From contig NMRA01000572.1 of assembly GCA_002633005.1 (NCBI GenBank), positions 134,534-198,533 of the forward strand: 64,000 nt of DNA, written 5' to 3'. Shown in pieces: positions 46,380 through 59,579 of the stretch. The notes under the pieces are model-generated. The model saw nothing but the letters and a program-made list of their open reading frames with translations. It ran no database searches and was not told where the DNA came from. Numbering within the stretch: the stretch's first letter is position 1; each line of letters begins with the position of its first letter. Source of the stretch: Phoronis australis (Eukaryota > Animalia > Phoronida). The translations under genes were made by a program, and so were the position numbers.

Positions 46380-49300
46380 ATCTTGCAACATGTACCAAAT
46401 TGCTGTTTCGGCCGCCATTTTGTCGGCCATATTGGTTTTATTTTACAGAAAATTGGCATCTTTTGATTGGTATGCCTGTTATGAAAAGTATGTAATCAAT
46501 GACAAACTTTATTGTTTTATTTTTAGCTGTTACATAAGAGTAATATGCCAGAAAACAGTAAACACCGGTTTTGTCTGCCATTTTTCCGCCATCTTGAAAA
46601 ACCGACTTCCGCCACTCCGATTTCGGTAGATTTTTTCTGACACCAAGGGATGTTTGAAGATGTCATTTATGCAAAAAACCTTCTGTTGCAATTTTTTCTA
46701 CTTTGAGCCCTCTGGAGCCCTAGAATGACTGGACTATTTCATGCCTTTACCCATACGATTAGTAAATGCCGACTGCAACATTCCAGATCGAGTTGCTTGG
46801 AATTTGTTTTTGTAGTCTTGCGCGGAAAACGGGCAAACACGTAGCTAAATGCGGGGGGGGCGGCTCCGAGGGGGGGAGAGCTCAGACAAATTGTCATTAT
46901 TGGCGCTGATACATGTCCACAATAACAAAGAGATAGCTACTGACAATGTTTTGAGAAGACAAATCCCAGGAAGATAAAATTTGGAAGCGTATTAACCTGA
47001 TGTGTATCTCGTTGTTTCAATGCGCAACGTTGTACTGAAACTGGAAATTACAGTAACTACTTTGAGTTAACTATACATGCCATGTAGACTGTGACAAACT
47101 TGAGTTGTGAACCAAGTCAGCAGCATAAAGAATGTACCCAGGCAAGACAGTCGCGTGACGACAAAGACATCCGCAGCCTTGTTGAATTCCTCCACAACAG
47201 TAACCCATTTTAAACCGAAACATTACAGAACATCGCCACTGGTGTGACTGCAGGCACATCCGTCAGTGCCGAAAATGCCAGAGAAGTGGGGAAGGCGGTT
47301 CACTTGTCTATGATGGGGTCAAGTGTGAAAGACTTCACATTCAGAAAGAAAGACAAGGTTGTGGCAATGACAAGTCAATCAGTTCATGCTGCTAATAGTA
47401 ATTTTACACAAGTGGATCCAGGACTGCTATTTCAGCGAATCCCGACAGCTGCAAAAGATAACAGTGAAAGTTCATCAAGCCTTTTGAAGTTTGAGCTGTG
47501 TGTTGGTTCCCCTGCTCTTTTTGATACATCTGATCTTCCCAGAGTCCCTAATAAATCAATACGAGCTGATGCACTCTGGTCCAGTGGTTGACTACCTGAG
47601 GATTTCAATTTCCAGAAAACACGGTGATGCATGTAATCGACGGCGGTTCTCTCCTTCACCGAATTCCATGGTCTAGAGGTGCAACGTTTCAGTCATTTGG
47701 TAGAGCTTATGTGAATTACATCAGCAAGTGCACCCAGCCTACTGTTGTTTTTGATGGTTACTGAGATAGACTATCAACTAAAGATGTCTCCCATGTTCCA
47801 AGACTGGGTGGTTGGAACTGAAGTTCACTTCAATGGTGACTTGGTGATCAAGTAAAAAAGAAAATTTTTGGAAAAGAGCAAAAACAAACAACGATTCATT
47901 CACTTCTAGTCAACTTTGCTAGGAAATGCTAGTTGCACAGTGGTACAAGCTCAAGGTGACGCAGATGTTTTAATTGTAGAAACAGCAGTAGAGAACGCAC
48001 TCAGCACAAGGTCCAACTACCCTTATTGCAGACGATACAGACTTGTTGGTTTTTTTGTGTTACCATGCTACTTCACAACAAATTCCAATGTTCATGAAAT
48101 TTGACAAGAGACACCAAAGCAAGAAGAGAGTCTGGGACATCAAAGAACTACAGTTGTCTCTTGGTGACGAAAATTGTGCAGTTTTGCCATTTGTGCATGC
48201 AATAGGTGGGTACAACACAACATTACAGCTGTTCGCTATTAGCAAAGGCTCTCCCATTCAAGAAACTGCGTGATCGAGAATACTGCAAAAACTCTATTAG
48301 GGTATTCAATAGACACGTGCAGCTTAAGCAAGACATATTTGAAGCTGGTAAGAGTTGTATCTGTGTTTCATGGCAGTACTGGCTCTGGAAATTTGGATGA
48401 CTTGCGATACAGGCGATTTGTGAATGAGGTGTCAGACTAGCCACAGTCCAAATACAGGCATTAACACCAACTTTCTTCAGTAGCTAAATTCCATGCTGCC
48501 GGGACATCGAGAGAAAGAGCGGTCAAGTTTCCGTGGCAGTGGCCTAGACTCGCTGTATTGGGGATGGATACTGGCAGGTGGGAAATTCATTCCCACGACG
48601 ACGGATAAGTCAGCAGCACCAGAGAACCTGCTGAAAGTAGTGAGATGCTCGTGTAAGACCAACTGCAGTTCCAAGAGGTGTACTTGCGAGAAGTTAGGAT
48701 TGCCGTTATCGGTTGCATGTGGAGAATGCCGTGGTTTTAGCTGCAGCAATTCATTCTCAGTTAACAGAGATTAGTTGTGTAAATACTGGTTGATTGTGTA
48801 TAGATTCACTGCAATTTACAACTAACTGGAAGTGACACAGACAGTGTGGATAGTAGATCACTGAACTAATTGCAGAGAGTTATTTTCAATACAGCACATT
48901 TTTTCAGGAGGAGAATGATCCTTCAGTCCAGGCATCCTGATGTTTTTGACCCAAATACGGTATTCGTTAAACCATCTTGAAAATGGTAGTCGTAATCATC
49001 AAGAGCCAGACAAAAGTTATTGTAATGGACGTGCTGACCTAAAAAAACTCATGATATGGCGTCTCTGGAATCTGAAGTTCTTACATGAAACAACTATTTG
49101 GTGGCCATCTTAGAAAATGGTGGAAGTTATCATTAGAGCCAAGCGCAATGAGTCTAAATGGATTAGTCGACCCAGAAAACCTATGATACATTGATTGAAG
49201 CAAGACGCACTTCTGTTTGTGCGAAGTTGTGCGATTCGAAATAGTTTTGAAGGCCATCTTGGAAAATGGCTGATGGTGTCACCACAGCCATGTAAAACTT

Positions 49301-49858
49301 TTCCAATGGATTTTTGACCCACAAAAGATAGGTAAACCTTTTTGAATTTTACTCTATCAACGAGTTATAGTGATCATCTGCAAATCTGGCGACCATTTTG
49401 TCCGCCATCTTGGAAATGGTGGAAGTAATCATTAGTGCCAAATGCAATGAGTCTCAATAGATTAGTCGACCCAGAAAACCTATGATGCAACGTTTGAAAC
49501 AAGACGACAGACACTAATCTGTTCGTGTGAAGTTGTGCGACTCAAGTAGATTTGGCGGCCATCTTGGAAAATGGCGGACGGTGTCACCACAGCCATTCAC
49601 AACCATTTCCAATGGATTTGTTGACCCACAAAACATAAGTAAACCTTTTTGAATTTTTGCTCTATCACATTCCACTCTTGAGTTATAGTGAGCATCAGAA
49701 AATTTGGCGGCCATTTTGTCTGACATCTTGAAAAACCAACTTCCGCCACTCCGATTCCGGTTGACTTTTTCCCACTAAGGGGTGTGAAAGGATACGATTC
49801 ATGCAATAAAACCTTCTGTTGCAATTTTTTCGGGGTTATCCGTAGAATGACTGGACTA
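46380..49858 (+). mobile_element. Decayed Academ DNA transposon with subterminal repeats and ..AGAATGACTGGACTA termini
   Basis: Transposase remnant; repeated GCCATCTTGGAAAATGG blocks at 48970-49740; a CTA-ending terminus at 49858 and a second same-orientation terminus at 46736. The left boundary is uncertain. Confidence 0.7.
47100..48773 (+). pseudogene. Academ-type transposase remnant (XPG/PIN-like nuclease region and C-terminal Cys-rich zinc finger)
   Basis: Frameshifted motifs in order: SQQHKE..RD..D..NPF, FELC..SPALFD, HVIDGGSLLHRIPW, VVFDGY, AQGDADVLI, DDTDLLV, LPFVHAIGG, WGW..APENLLKVVRCSCKTNCSSKRCTC..CGECRGFSCSN. Confidence 0.85.
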
Positions 49859-50408
49859 AATTCTTCATTGTTGGTCGTAACCTCGTCAGAAATAACGGAA
49901 TAACATTTATTATTTCCCTTACACTGCCGTCTTCGTTTAAAAGGATACCAAAACGGTTTTGTCCTATTAACAGATACAGAAAACGACTTTCCCATCCAGT
50001 TCTTTAAAACAAAATAATACACTGTAGCCTAGCCCTGGACAACACTCAAAAGTTTGGATCCAAACTCGAGGAAAAGTTGAAAATTCGATCCTTTCAAAAT
50101 GCAAGCGTGACCTACGCTTTAGGGAATTACACGGCAACTGTAGGATTAGGCCACCCACCAAGGACCATAATGTCCAATTTGTGACATAGGGAGTTTGGGT
50201 TTTTAATTGCGGTTAACTTTGAAGATTGGCGCTAATGATGCATAGGTGACAAAAGGAGGATTGGTGGAAATCATAAAAACAGGGTATTTATACCAACGTG
50301 ACTTTGATGTTGTCGTCAGTGTGAGGCATAATTCGCCGAAAAACTTCCGGCGTATGAAGCTCCTGTAGGAGCTACACCGTCTCTAGTCAGCTGAGCCGGA
50401 GGTCACTG

Positions 50409-50683
50409 CATGGGCACACCCAGGGGCCGGGGCTCGGAGGGCTCGAACGAGCCCCCCCCCATTTTCAGTTGGTGAATTGGGGGAAAAGGGCCGCCTCAGT
50501 GAAACAAAAAGTAAACGAGACAAAAGTCTACAAAGTCCACAGGAATTCGGGGCGCCCGGATGCACGATTGGCAGGCCTGAACCTAGTGTCCCCGTTTTTT
50601 GGTCGTCGTTGATTTTTTTCCGTAAAAGGTCCGCATATCGAAGAATTCGAGCCCCCCTATATTTTAGGCTGGGTGCGCGCATG
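50409..50683. mobile_element. MITE, CATGCGCGCACC TIR family, TSD CACTG
   Basis: CATGGGCACACCCAG / CTGGGTGCGCGCATG with a perfect 5-bp duplication. Confidence 0.85.
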
Positions 50684-51998
50684 CACTGGGTACACTTTCC
50701 ACCGAACGGCTCACTGGAGGAGCAAAAAGTATTACGCTGTTGAAGAAAGCTGGTGTTTTAACAGCATTGTGTGGGTCAGAGCGGTTGGAACTAAACTGAA
50801 TATACGCCAACGTCTAACATTTCGAAATGGATAAGTAAATTTTGACTGATAATTCTAAGAATGTTCTCGGTATTCCATTTACTCAGTGTTTCACACTTTA
50901 TGTAGTCCTTGGCGCCTTGCACAATTTTACGTAAGCCTGTATTTGAGCTGTTGAAGGGGCAAAAAACAGACAAATCCCGGCAATTTAATTCGTAATTTTT
51001 CCCTTTCCGCGCACTCAGCTAGTTCCCGTTTCCACCGACGGGCTTGATTTTCCAAACACGATTGATTTTTACGTATTATGTTCGACTTTCACGGATTAAG
51101 ATTGATTTTTCTATTAACTATTTTTTGCCTATTCCGAAATTAAACTTTCAGATACTATGCTTTTATGCACTGTTCTCCAAAAACTGTTGGGAATTGTTTT
51201 CAAAATGTCAGTTTTGCTTGAAGAGCTATCAAAATATTGGACTTTCAATGAAAAAATCAAAAGTTGTCATAAAACGACATCAAAACTATAACTTAAAAAC
51301 CTGTAACGTTTTTGAGATTCTATCTTGAACATATGAAATGAAGTTTGATCATGTTAAGTCGAGGAAACCGTTGTCTAACTTTCAATGTACATTTGTTTTT
51401 GCTATTTTAAAAATGTTTCTAGAATAACAAGGTCACCGTCACCCAATCAATGGAAGGCAGGTAAATAGTCAAAAATCTAATTCTTCATGCTTTCTGCATT
51501 AACAAAATGTATACTCTTACTGAATTTTGTAGATACTTGGCTCAGTACACAGATCAGTCGATAAAGTCATGCCTACACTTTAGTTATCTAAGGACCCACA
51601 ACATTGGAGCTATTTTTGTTTGTGGCTCTGGATTCGTCCGAAGTGACGATATAATCAGCTGTTGCCACTGGTTGCGTCGTGGATTAAACTGCCGACTCCG
51701 TCAATCATGCACAGACTGGCACTTCGTCTCTTTCTCGTTTGTCAGAGTCACTCGTGATTTAATTTTAAACTTTGAAAAAGCAGCAGTTGTATATTTGATG
51801 GTCGATTTGGTGTTCAATTTCTAGATTCCTAGATGCAGCTTACAAATTAGGCGAACTGGCTAACATTTTAAGAGAAATGTGGAACGCTAAACTTTTCCCA
51901 GTTATTTTCGTATTAGCATACATCATACAATGTCAGACATTTCGATAACTTTTGAGTCAATCATAATCAGTGACAACTGATACAAAGTCCAACAAATA

Positions 51999-52236
51999 CA
52001 TGCGCGCACACAGACTTAAAAACGGGGGCTTGAAGTTTCGAGAATGTGGACGTTTTACTAAGATTCACGGGGTACATTCAAAGCTATGAATTGCGCATTC
52101 GCCGAATTTTGGTAGTTCCTACTTTTGGACTTTTGACTCGTATTCTACTTTTGTCGGAGTTTTTGTTTCTCTGAGTTGGCTTTTTTGCCCACTTCGCGAA
52201 GGGGGGTGGGGCTCGAGCCCCCTAGGTGAGCGCATG
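51999..52236. mobile_element. MITE, CATGCGCGCACC TIR family, TSD AAATA/AGATA
   Basis: Imperfect TIRs and a 4-of-5 duplication. Confidence 0.7.
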
Positions 52237-54412
52237 AGATAAGAATCGCACAACAGGCAACCACAACAAGACCTGCGGGTGTAGCAGTTGTTTAAATAAT
52301 TTTGAGCCTTTTGTTCGTGAATCAGCGTCAACTTGGGTGTATAAGGTCCATAAGTCATAATTCTGTAAGACTAAAGAGGGTGCTTGGATTTTGCTGATGC
52401 AACGATCAGCGAGTAGTTCACCACCCCTTCAACACTCATCTTCAGTCATACTTTTGCTGAAAAAACGTTTGTAAGAGAATGAGAGTTTATTTGTTGTCTA
52501 TATAAAAGCGAAGTGAAATCGTACTTTTTATAATGATTGTGCTTTTGATGAACATAAATTTGTTTCTGCCAAGCTTACGTTAAAATTGTCAATAAAATAT
52601 CATGTACATGCCACTGTAAAATTGGGCGGGCATTATGATGTGTTCATAAAAACAATCAATGCAACACAGTTTGTTGAACATGCCAACAAAAGGAACACTA
52701 TTTTCGAGTTCCCGGCGTTCAATTGCGCATTTCCAAACTTATAGAAAAGTGGGAGAAATAGCCATTTGCTGCACAACCTCACGTGCGGTCTAACCTGCGA
52801 GAAACCAGCAGGAGGTCAAGCAAACCTCCCGAGAAGTCCCGCTGTGCCCCGGCCGGTCCCTGTAGAGTAATAGGTTACCACCAAAACGCGAGTAAAGATG
52901 GAAGTTAAAGATATTTCCATATGACTATAAACATGTAATTGTGTTGTAGCCCCTGCCAAACACGAACAGCCAAAATATCTGATCAATCTTAGTTATGTAC
53001 TGTGCAACTATCAATAGCCACAGCGTCGATCTTGAAAATAAACTTCAGTGTAGCAAGAACGCTTTAATCGTCAACAATCAGAAAACTTTTCTTTGGTCGA
53101 GTTTAGGGTTTTATATATTATATGGACATGTTTTCCCAGTTGAACGTTTTTGTGTCATCTTGCATTAGATGTCTAATGTGTAAACATCTTGTGTGTGCTA
53201 ATTTTTTTGTATTAGTCAGGGGACGTTTTTGTGATAGTAAGTCATCTGTTAGTCAAAATACCGTATAATGTAGATTTTTTTATCATACGAACAGGAAAAT
53301 GTTCCACAGTGTCACTCACAGCGAAATCAATTTCACTAATCAGCAGGTGCACAATTGTCAAATTTTCGTGTTTGTTTATACCTATTACTCGCATAAGGCT
53401 AGCCTTTTGTCATTAAACATTAGACGAATACTTCCACTAAGAGCGTGTAACAAACAAGTAGCCGACTTGTGTCTGGAAAACCTTTGATACTGTTGTTCCT
53501 TACAAAACGGTCTTTGATTGCGACTGTGATCAATCATGTGAATATTATTGAATTTATGGACGATTAACAAACCGTGTGTGTTTCGATAATTTTAATTATG
53601 TTAACTCGTTGAGGAATAGCTTTTCAGAGTCTTATGTGAAAGCTCAAATTGAGTGGAGTCTTCGTCAGAAGCAATATCTTTCAAATTTCTGTTGATATTC
53701 AACAGTCTTATATGATTTCAGCAAAGAGTCTTAAAAACCGTTTGTTGCTGCTGACACAAAATAAATAAATCCAACCCTATGTTTTGTTCAAACATGTAAA
53801 ACGATCGATCAATAGCGCTCTTATTTTTGTTTCACGCCCCGTTTCATCCGTTACTCGCTGTATAGACCCGTTGCAGCCGACAGCAATGGATTTATTGAAT
53901 CAGGCTCGCGCGCTCGTGAATGGAACACAAAGACCCGCAACAACACTGGAAGCATTCTGAACATTCAATACTTATGCTTTGTTACAGTCGCAACTTTTGT
54001 TCTTCTTTTCATCACGTTAAAGATTTTTCTCAATCATTTATTCTAACACTGCAATAAATGCCCCTGATAGGCACGTAGCATGTTTGTCTTTCGTTCCGTC
54101 CAATAGCTACTTGGATACGACGGCACAAAATGGTGGTACTCCAGGGAAAAAAGTGACTACTCAGTTACGAAATGGATTCGGCACCTTGTGTTTATTAAAT
54201 TGGAGATTTTTTGTGACCGATATACGGGCATCGTCTGACAGTAGACATCCGAACAGATTTCTGTGCTATACTGTTTACTGTAGGACGGTGAAATAGTCGC
54301 GAGATTGTGTTTGTAAGCGCTATCAAATAACGGGAGTCAAATCCCTTACCTGGTTCATGCCAAGGGTTCCTCTCCAAAGGTGTCACGATGCAAGTTATTG
54401 AATAGGATTGAA

Positions 54413-55270
54413 ATGAACCACCGCCAAATGCATTCGAAGGTTACAACGCAGGATGTCTTCCGCGGACGAGCGATCCATTACCACGAACGAAACGTCAAAA
54501 GCAACCGTGGCAGTACGCGTCGTACAACCACTTGGCCTTCCGGCAAAGACACCATCCGCCCGATGACGGTACACGAGAACGGCAGCTTCCATGGTAACGC
54601 CCCGCCACCACCCCCAAGCGTGGTGACGTTTGCAAATCCCGAAGTTGAAACCCCGGTGGAAATCAAGTACGTTTCCTTGGTAACGAGCAATACAATTCCG
54701 AATACCTTCTCGGAAGGGAGTCCAAAAAGTCTGAGCGGCAGCAGTGATCAAAGCACTGACTCACAATCCAGGAGCCTTCCTGAAGGATTGCCCAAAGTGA
54801 AAATCATGACGCATCTACCTATCCGAGCATCACTACAAAGAAGTAAACAAATACCTGGACGATATTTCCCGAGTCCAACATTAACCGAGGACCAAAAACT
54901 GTTCCTACAAGCACGCAAGAAGACCACTATGAGTGCGCCGAATGTTCGGCAGAATGGATTTTACTTTCAAACAGGAAGCGGCAATGGAGGATACCCCATG
55001 GAGCGACCGCTACAAAGGACACACCGTTCAAAGAGTTGTGATTTGAATCAAAACGCATTCGATCTTGAAATTTACGACATTGGTTCTTCAGAGAACAGTA
55101 GCAGCGATCTGCCGTTACTGAACAAGACTAATGGAGGAATGCCTGTAATTATTTCGCCGCGTGTCGCCAGCATACCGGCGACGTCCGAAGGATTTTTTAA
55201 CGACATCATGACAGGCTCATCCAAACAGATACATGGCAGGGAGACGGAAAGAAGCAGCGACAGAAGTTGA
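54413..55270 (+). CDS. Uncharacterised Ser/Pro-rich protein, single or terminal exon
   Basis: The frame is open from 54380 to TGA 55270 (first ATG 54413) with higher GC than the flanks. An AT-rich UTR-like tract follows, with AATAAA at 57371. No domain recognised. Confidence 0.65.
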   Translation: MNHRQMHSKVTTQDVFRGRAIHYHERNVKSNRGSTRRTTTWPSGKDTIRPMTVHENGSFHGNAPPPPPSVVTFANPEVETPVEIKYVSLVTSNTIPNTFSEGSPKSLSGSSDQSTDSQSRSLPEGLPKVKIMTHLPIRASLQRSKQIPGRYFPSPTLTEDQKLFLQARKKTTMSAPNVRQNGFYFQTGSGNGGYPMERPLQRTHRSKSCDLNQNAFDLEIYDIGSSENSSSDLPLLNKTNGGMPVIISPRVASIPATSEGFFNDIMTGSSKQIHGRETERSSDRS

Positions 55271-55361
55271 GGTTTAATCAATGGATTCGGCCTCGAGTTT
55301 CACTCTTTCACAGCGCTCCTCTGTAGAGCTGGGTAACTGTGTAATTGATACCGGCATTTAA

Positions 55362-55616
55362 AGGGACATTTCCATATAATTTACTCATTTAGGCACGTCG
55401 TAAATAAGATTATTTAACTGTACAAGCTTTGTCTCAGTTTTGTACATGCCATTGGTTGAAATTGATTTCAATGCCTAAAACCAATTATTCGAGCAGTTGC
55501 AATGTGCCATGACTTTTCACAACAGTAATTCTAAAAAAATGTTGAGACCACTAAGAGACAATAAGTCTTTTTCAGAATTGCCGCGTTTAGATTGAAAGTG
55601 AGAAAGAAATGTCCCT
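55362..55616. mobile_element. TTAA-flanked MITE (Kolobok-type termini)
   Basis: TTAA|AGGGACATTTC ... GAAATGTCCCT|TTAA, perfect 11-bp TIR. Confidence 0.75.
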
Positions 55617-55836
55617 TTAAATTATTGTTTTTCTTTGAGAAAAAACTTCGCCAGCTTAGATGAGAATAGCCTTCCGGACCAAGCACAACTTTTGCGTTTG
55701 TAAAAAACAATGACGTCGGTAACATTTACTGGTAATTCATTTAAACTAAAATATGTTATCAAAATACCACAGTGCCACTTTTGTGCCAAATCGAGACATC
55801 ACGACTTTCGTGGAATATGTTTCGCACATTTCGATG

Positions 55837-56067
55837 ATACATATGTATGTATACATGTACGTATGTGTATACATATGTATGTATATATGTACGTATGTGT
55901 ATACATATGTATGCATATATGTACGTATGTGTATACATATGTATGTATATATGTACGTATGTGTATATATATGTATGTATACATGTACGTATGTGTATAC
56001 ATATGTATGTATATATGTACGTATGTGTATATATATGTATGTATACATGTACGTATGTGTATATATG
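55837..56067. repeat. 32-bp alternating purine-pyrimidine repeat x7
   Basis: Unit ACATATGTATGTATAyATGTACGTATGTGTAT. Confidence 0.95.
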
Positions 56068-57370
56068 AATCATAGAACACGTAAATTGTCAATTGACGTT
56101 ACAATTACTGATGCCAGAGGTATGAATTTTTTTAATATTTGAAATACCAATTTGACTCTTTGTTTTGTGGAATACAATATCTTTGAGACAAACGCAAAAT
56201 GCGTTATCGTTCCTGTCAATAAAAATTATGTACGTAAATGATTTAGCCTAAAGCGAATTCTTTTCAAATCACGAGTTCTTGGTGGATGTATCAGATGTAT
56301 GACGTCATCATTAGGCAATCATAAGACTACCAGTTCGTGATTTAGCCATATGCAAAGAATCGTGCATACAGCTTTGCGGCACATCGCATCAACATTTACT
56401 TTAGACTTGGACTGAACCTTTCAGTTACTCAGATTTGAAGTGATTTTTCGGCTTGGTCGGACAGAGTTTGTTGTTATACTAGTTTGACACCATTCGCATC
56501 AAACTGGGTTAATCCGGTTTGTCATCTCAATGAAGATGATCTCAAATCATAACGAAATATCACTTTATGCCATGCCCAGATATCGCTTCGACCCTGTGTA
56601 AGGAACACATAAGACCACTAGCGGTGGGTTAACAGGATTATTAACTTCTTGACTGGCGCCAAGTTGACTCTTTAGTTACAAAACAATGCTCATTATAAAT
56701 TTGACTAACGGTCTATTTAGACTGGCTTTCTTTTGGGTGATAATGTTATGTTGAATTAAATCTTCGTCAATTCAGGGAACTTCCTTAGGTGATCTGAATT
56801 TGGTCATTACCATATACTGTTATGTTTCTATGTATACATAGGATTATTTCTTTACGACTTGTGATATCTCTGGTAAATCTGTGCCCGAAAGGTCCCACTG
56901 CCATAATAGAGATTCGTTTATCCGTTTTAATGCAGCAAAAAAACGTACGGATCAGCTCTGTGGAAAACAGATATTATTAGTTTCGCGGTATTTAGTTACA
57001 GAATCTTTCCAGAGATCTTAATGACTCTCCGATGAGACTTTCTTCTAGATTCTAAATTCAACGAGATGGCTGCAATATCTGTTTACGCCAGAGCCTGTGT
57101 GCATCTTTCCTACTCTAAAACGGATAATTGTAAGTTTCTACTGATTGTAACAACTAAAGTAGTGTGGATTGTAGACACTGTCAAATCTGGTTGAATATCG
57201 GACAATAATGGCAAAAATCAAGAATTTCTCAGATTTGTTTTGATTATGTGTGACAACCTTCATCTACTTGCTGCACGTGCGCATAAAAATTTGTAAATAC
57301 CTTGTAATAATACTGAACCACAGTTTTCTGATATCCAGCAGGTTTCCAATACATATTGTTACATAATGAA

Positions 57371-57376
57371 AATAAA
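57371..57376 (+). terminator. Candidate polyadenylation signal for the 54.4-kb gene
   Basis: AATAAA followed about 25 nt later by a GT/T-rich tract. Confidence 0.35.
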
Positions 57377-58435
57377 TTTACTGTCTATTGAAAAACGTTA
57401 TGTTGTATTTATGCTTGGAGTTAAATTCATTATTTTGTGTTTTAAACTTCCCAATTGCCTTAAAATAGCCTAGTTTTATCAGAATCTAATCCTCAAATGA
57501 CACTTGATCAATGATACTTGATCAATGCCATTGCCATATAGTAAACAGAATTTATTATGGCGATTCTTATGGTTCAATTCTATAATTTAATATGGCGATT
57601 CTTATAGTTCAATTCTATATTTGCTGGTGTAATAACGACATGGCCATGACGGCTGCACGACATTGAATTTCACTTTTCATGAACATGAAAAACTGAAAAA
57701 GTAAGAATTGATGCGGGATCTTTCGGTTCATGAGACTCGCTTAGTATTTGAAACTGGTGAAATGGCAAACACCATATTCACATAAGTACCCATTTATTTA
57801 TTTGCGGATAATAATTTCTAATGCAAAAATGCGAAGCCTTGAATAGTTATCGCTAAATCACCAAATCCTACTGCCAGAAATTTGATATCGGAAAAGATGG
57901 TTCATTTCGCAGCACCTGTGTCGATCTAACTATAAATTTACCAAATGTATTGAAAAATTAAGTGTCTACTTAATAGTCTTCATAGACTAATGTTGATAAG
58001 AAAATATTTATTTAGGGCGTCAATTGATACAAGTGACAAAAGCTCAGACGAGAGGCAAATAAACTTGAAGATTCGAAGCAGCATCATAAAGTTGAGACTG
58101 TACTTCGCGTTTGACCTTTTTGTCGCTGCTTAGTAAATGTCCTGCTTAATACACTAACACCGCTCCCCCTCCCTTTCTGGTTGCTGAACTGAAAATTACT
58201 AACGACTGTCAGGTCTCAAAATAAATAGTTTCAGAAAACGTTTCTAAATTTACACCTTGAACAAGAAAAAAACGAACAATAAGTAAGGCAAAACGACAAA
58301 TACGATTGTTTCTAAAATTGAAAAGTAAATAGTAGCTGTTTTTGAATTTTTAAAATCAATGCATTTTAAGAGAAATTAGCAAATAGTTTTTCTTCAGTAT
58401 AGGTGCTAAGCCAGGAGCATTAACTTGTCAATTGA

Positions 58436-58616
58436 TTAGGATGGGTTAGTCACTGTCTGGCTTAGGACGGGTAAGTCACTGTCTGGCTTAGGACGGGTAT
58501 GTCACTGTCTGGCTTAGGACGGGTTAGTCACTGTCTGGCTTAGGACGGGTATGTCACTGTCTGGCTTAGGACGGGTTAGTCACTGTCTGGCTTAGGACGG
58601 ATCAGTCATTGCCTGG
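58436..58616. repeat. 26-bp minisatellite, about 7 copies
   Basis: Unit TTAGGACGGGTwwGTCACTGTCTGGC. Confidence 0.92.
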
Positions 58617-59579
58617 ATGAGGCTTGCTTAAGCCTTGGGGTAACAAAATCTGAAATTTTAGCGTATGATTTGATTTGTCTCATGGTACCGATGTCCCTGA
58701 CCAAGCGGAGAGGGGTCCGTATATCTTGCACCTCGCAGCTTTCTGTGCATACCGGTGTCCCCTACTTGACACTGAGTCGAACCGCTTCTGACCAGTCAGC
58801 GTTATTGACGTTTCATCATTTATATCAAACGAAACACGGTCATGTGATTGATACGTTGTTTTGCTATGAATGGACATTTCTGGTTTTTGCTAAATTTTAA
58901 CCAAAAAAAAACATCGTCTCGTGACCCAAGGGCAGTTTGGTATAGAGTCAAAAATCAAAACTACATGGGTTCTACTTTCAGAAAATACATGATTTTAGTG
59001 AGTTAAAGTTTACTGCTTTGTAGATATTTGGCTAAATACGTAGACTTATTGGTAAGACTGGAACATTTAGGATCGGTAGGGCTGGAGCATTTCTGATCTC
59101 ATTATGACTAATTTTCCTATATTGTACGTCTATTAACACACCTCTGTCGGTGTTACACAACACACTTTCTTGCGCAATATTAACAACGGGTATTCGATTT
59201 TTCCAAATCCACAGGCGAGTAAAAGTTCCGGCAAGAGTTCAACGGGTTCGTACGCAGTAGTAACCAAAGGGTGATCACTCACATCGTGCTTGTGCTGATA
59301 TTGATAAGATTTCCCAAAGAGCGCCGCTAAATTTCGCCGTTTTTACATATGCTGAATTTGAACTTTAAACATTTATGTAGTTCCAGTGCTAACGTACTCG
59401 ACTGTGCACTAGTAATCCATGACTACAATTTGGGTGCACCACTAAATTTAGATTTTGTAAAAAAGTTACCCCCAGGGAAGTTGAAGATGGGGTCCTATTG
59501 GTAAAATAATGGGAATGTCGCGGACGAATTACTCCCAAGGGACATTTTCGACCGATACTGGTCACGGTGACAGTTCAAA

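Noticed and set aside
55710-56142. Tyr/Ile/Val/His-rich ORFs in several frames
   Set aside because: The alternating RY repeat lacks stop codons; not coding evidence.
58436-58616. Interstitial telomeric repeat
   Set aside because: Only single GGGTTAG words inside a 26-bp unit; no TTAGGG array.
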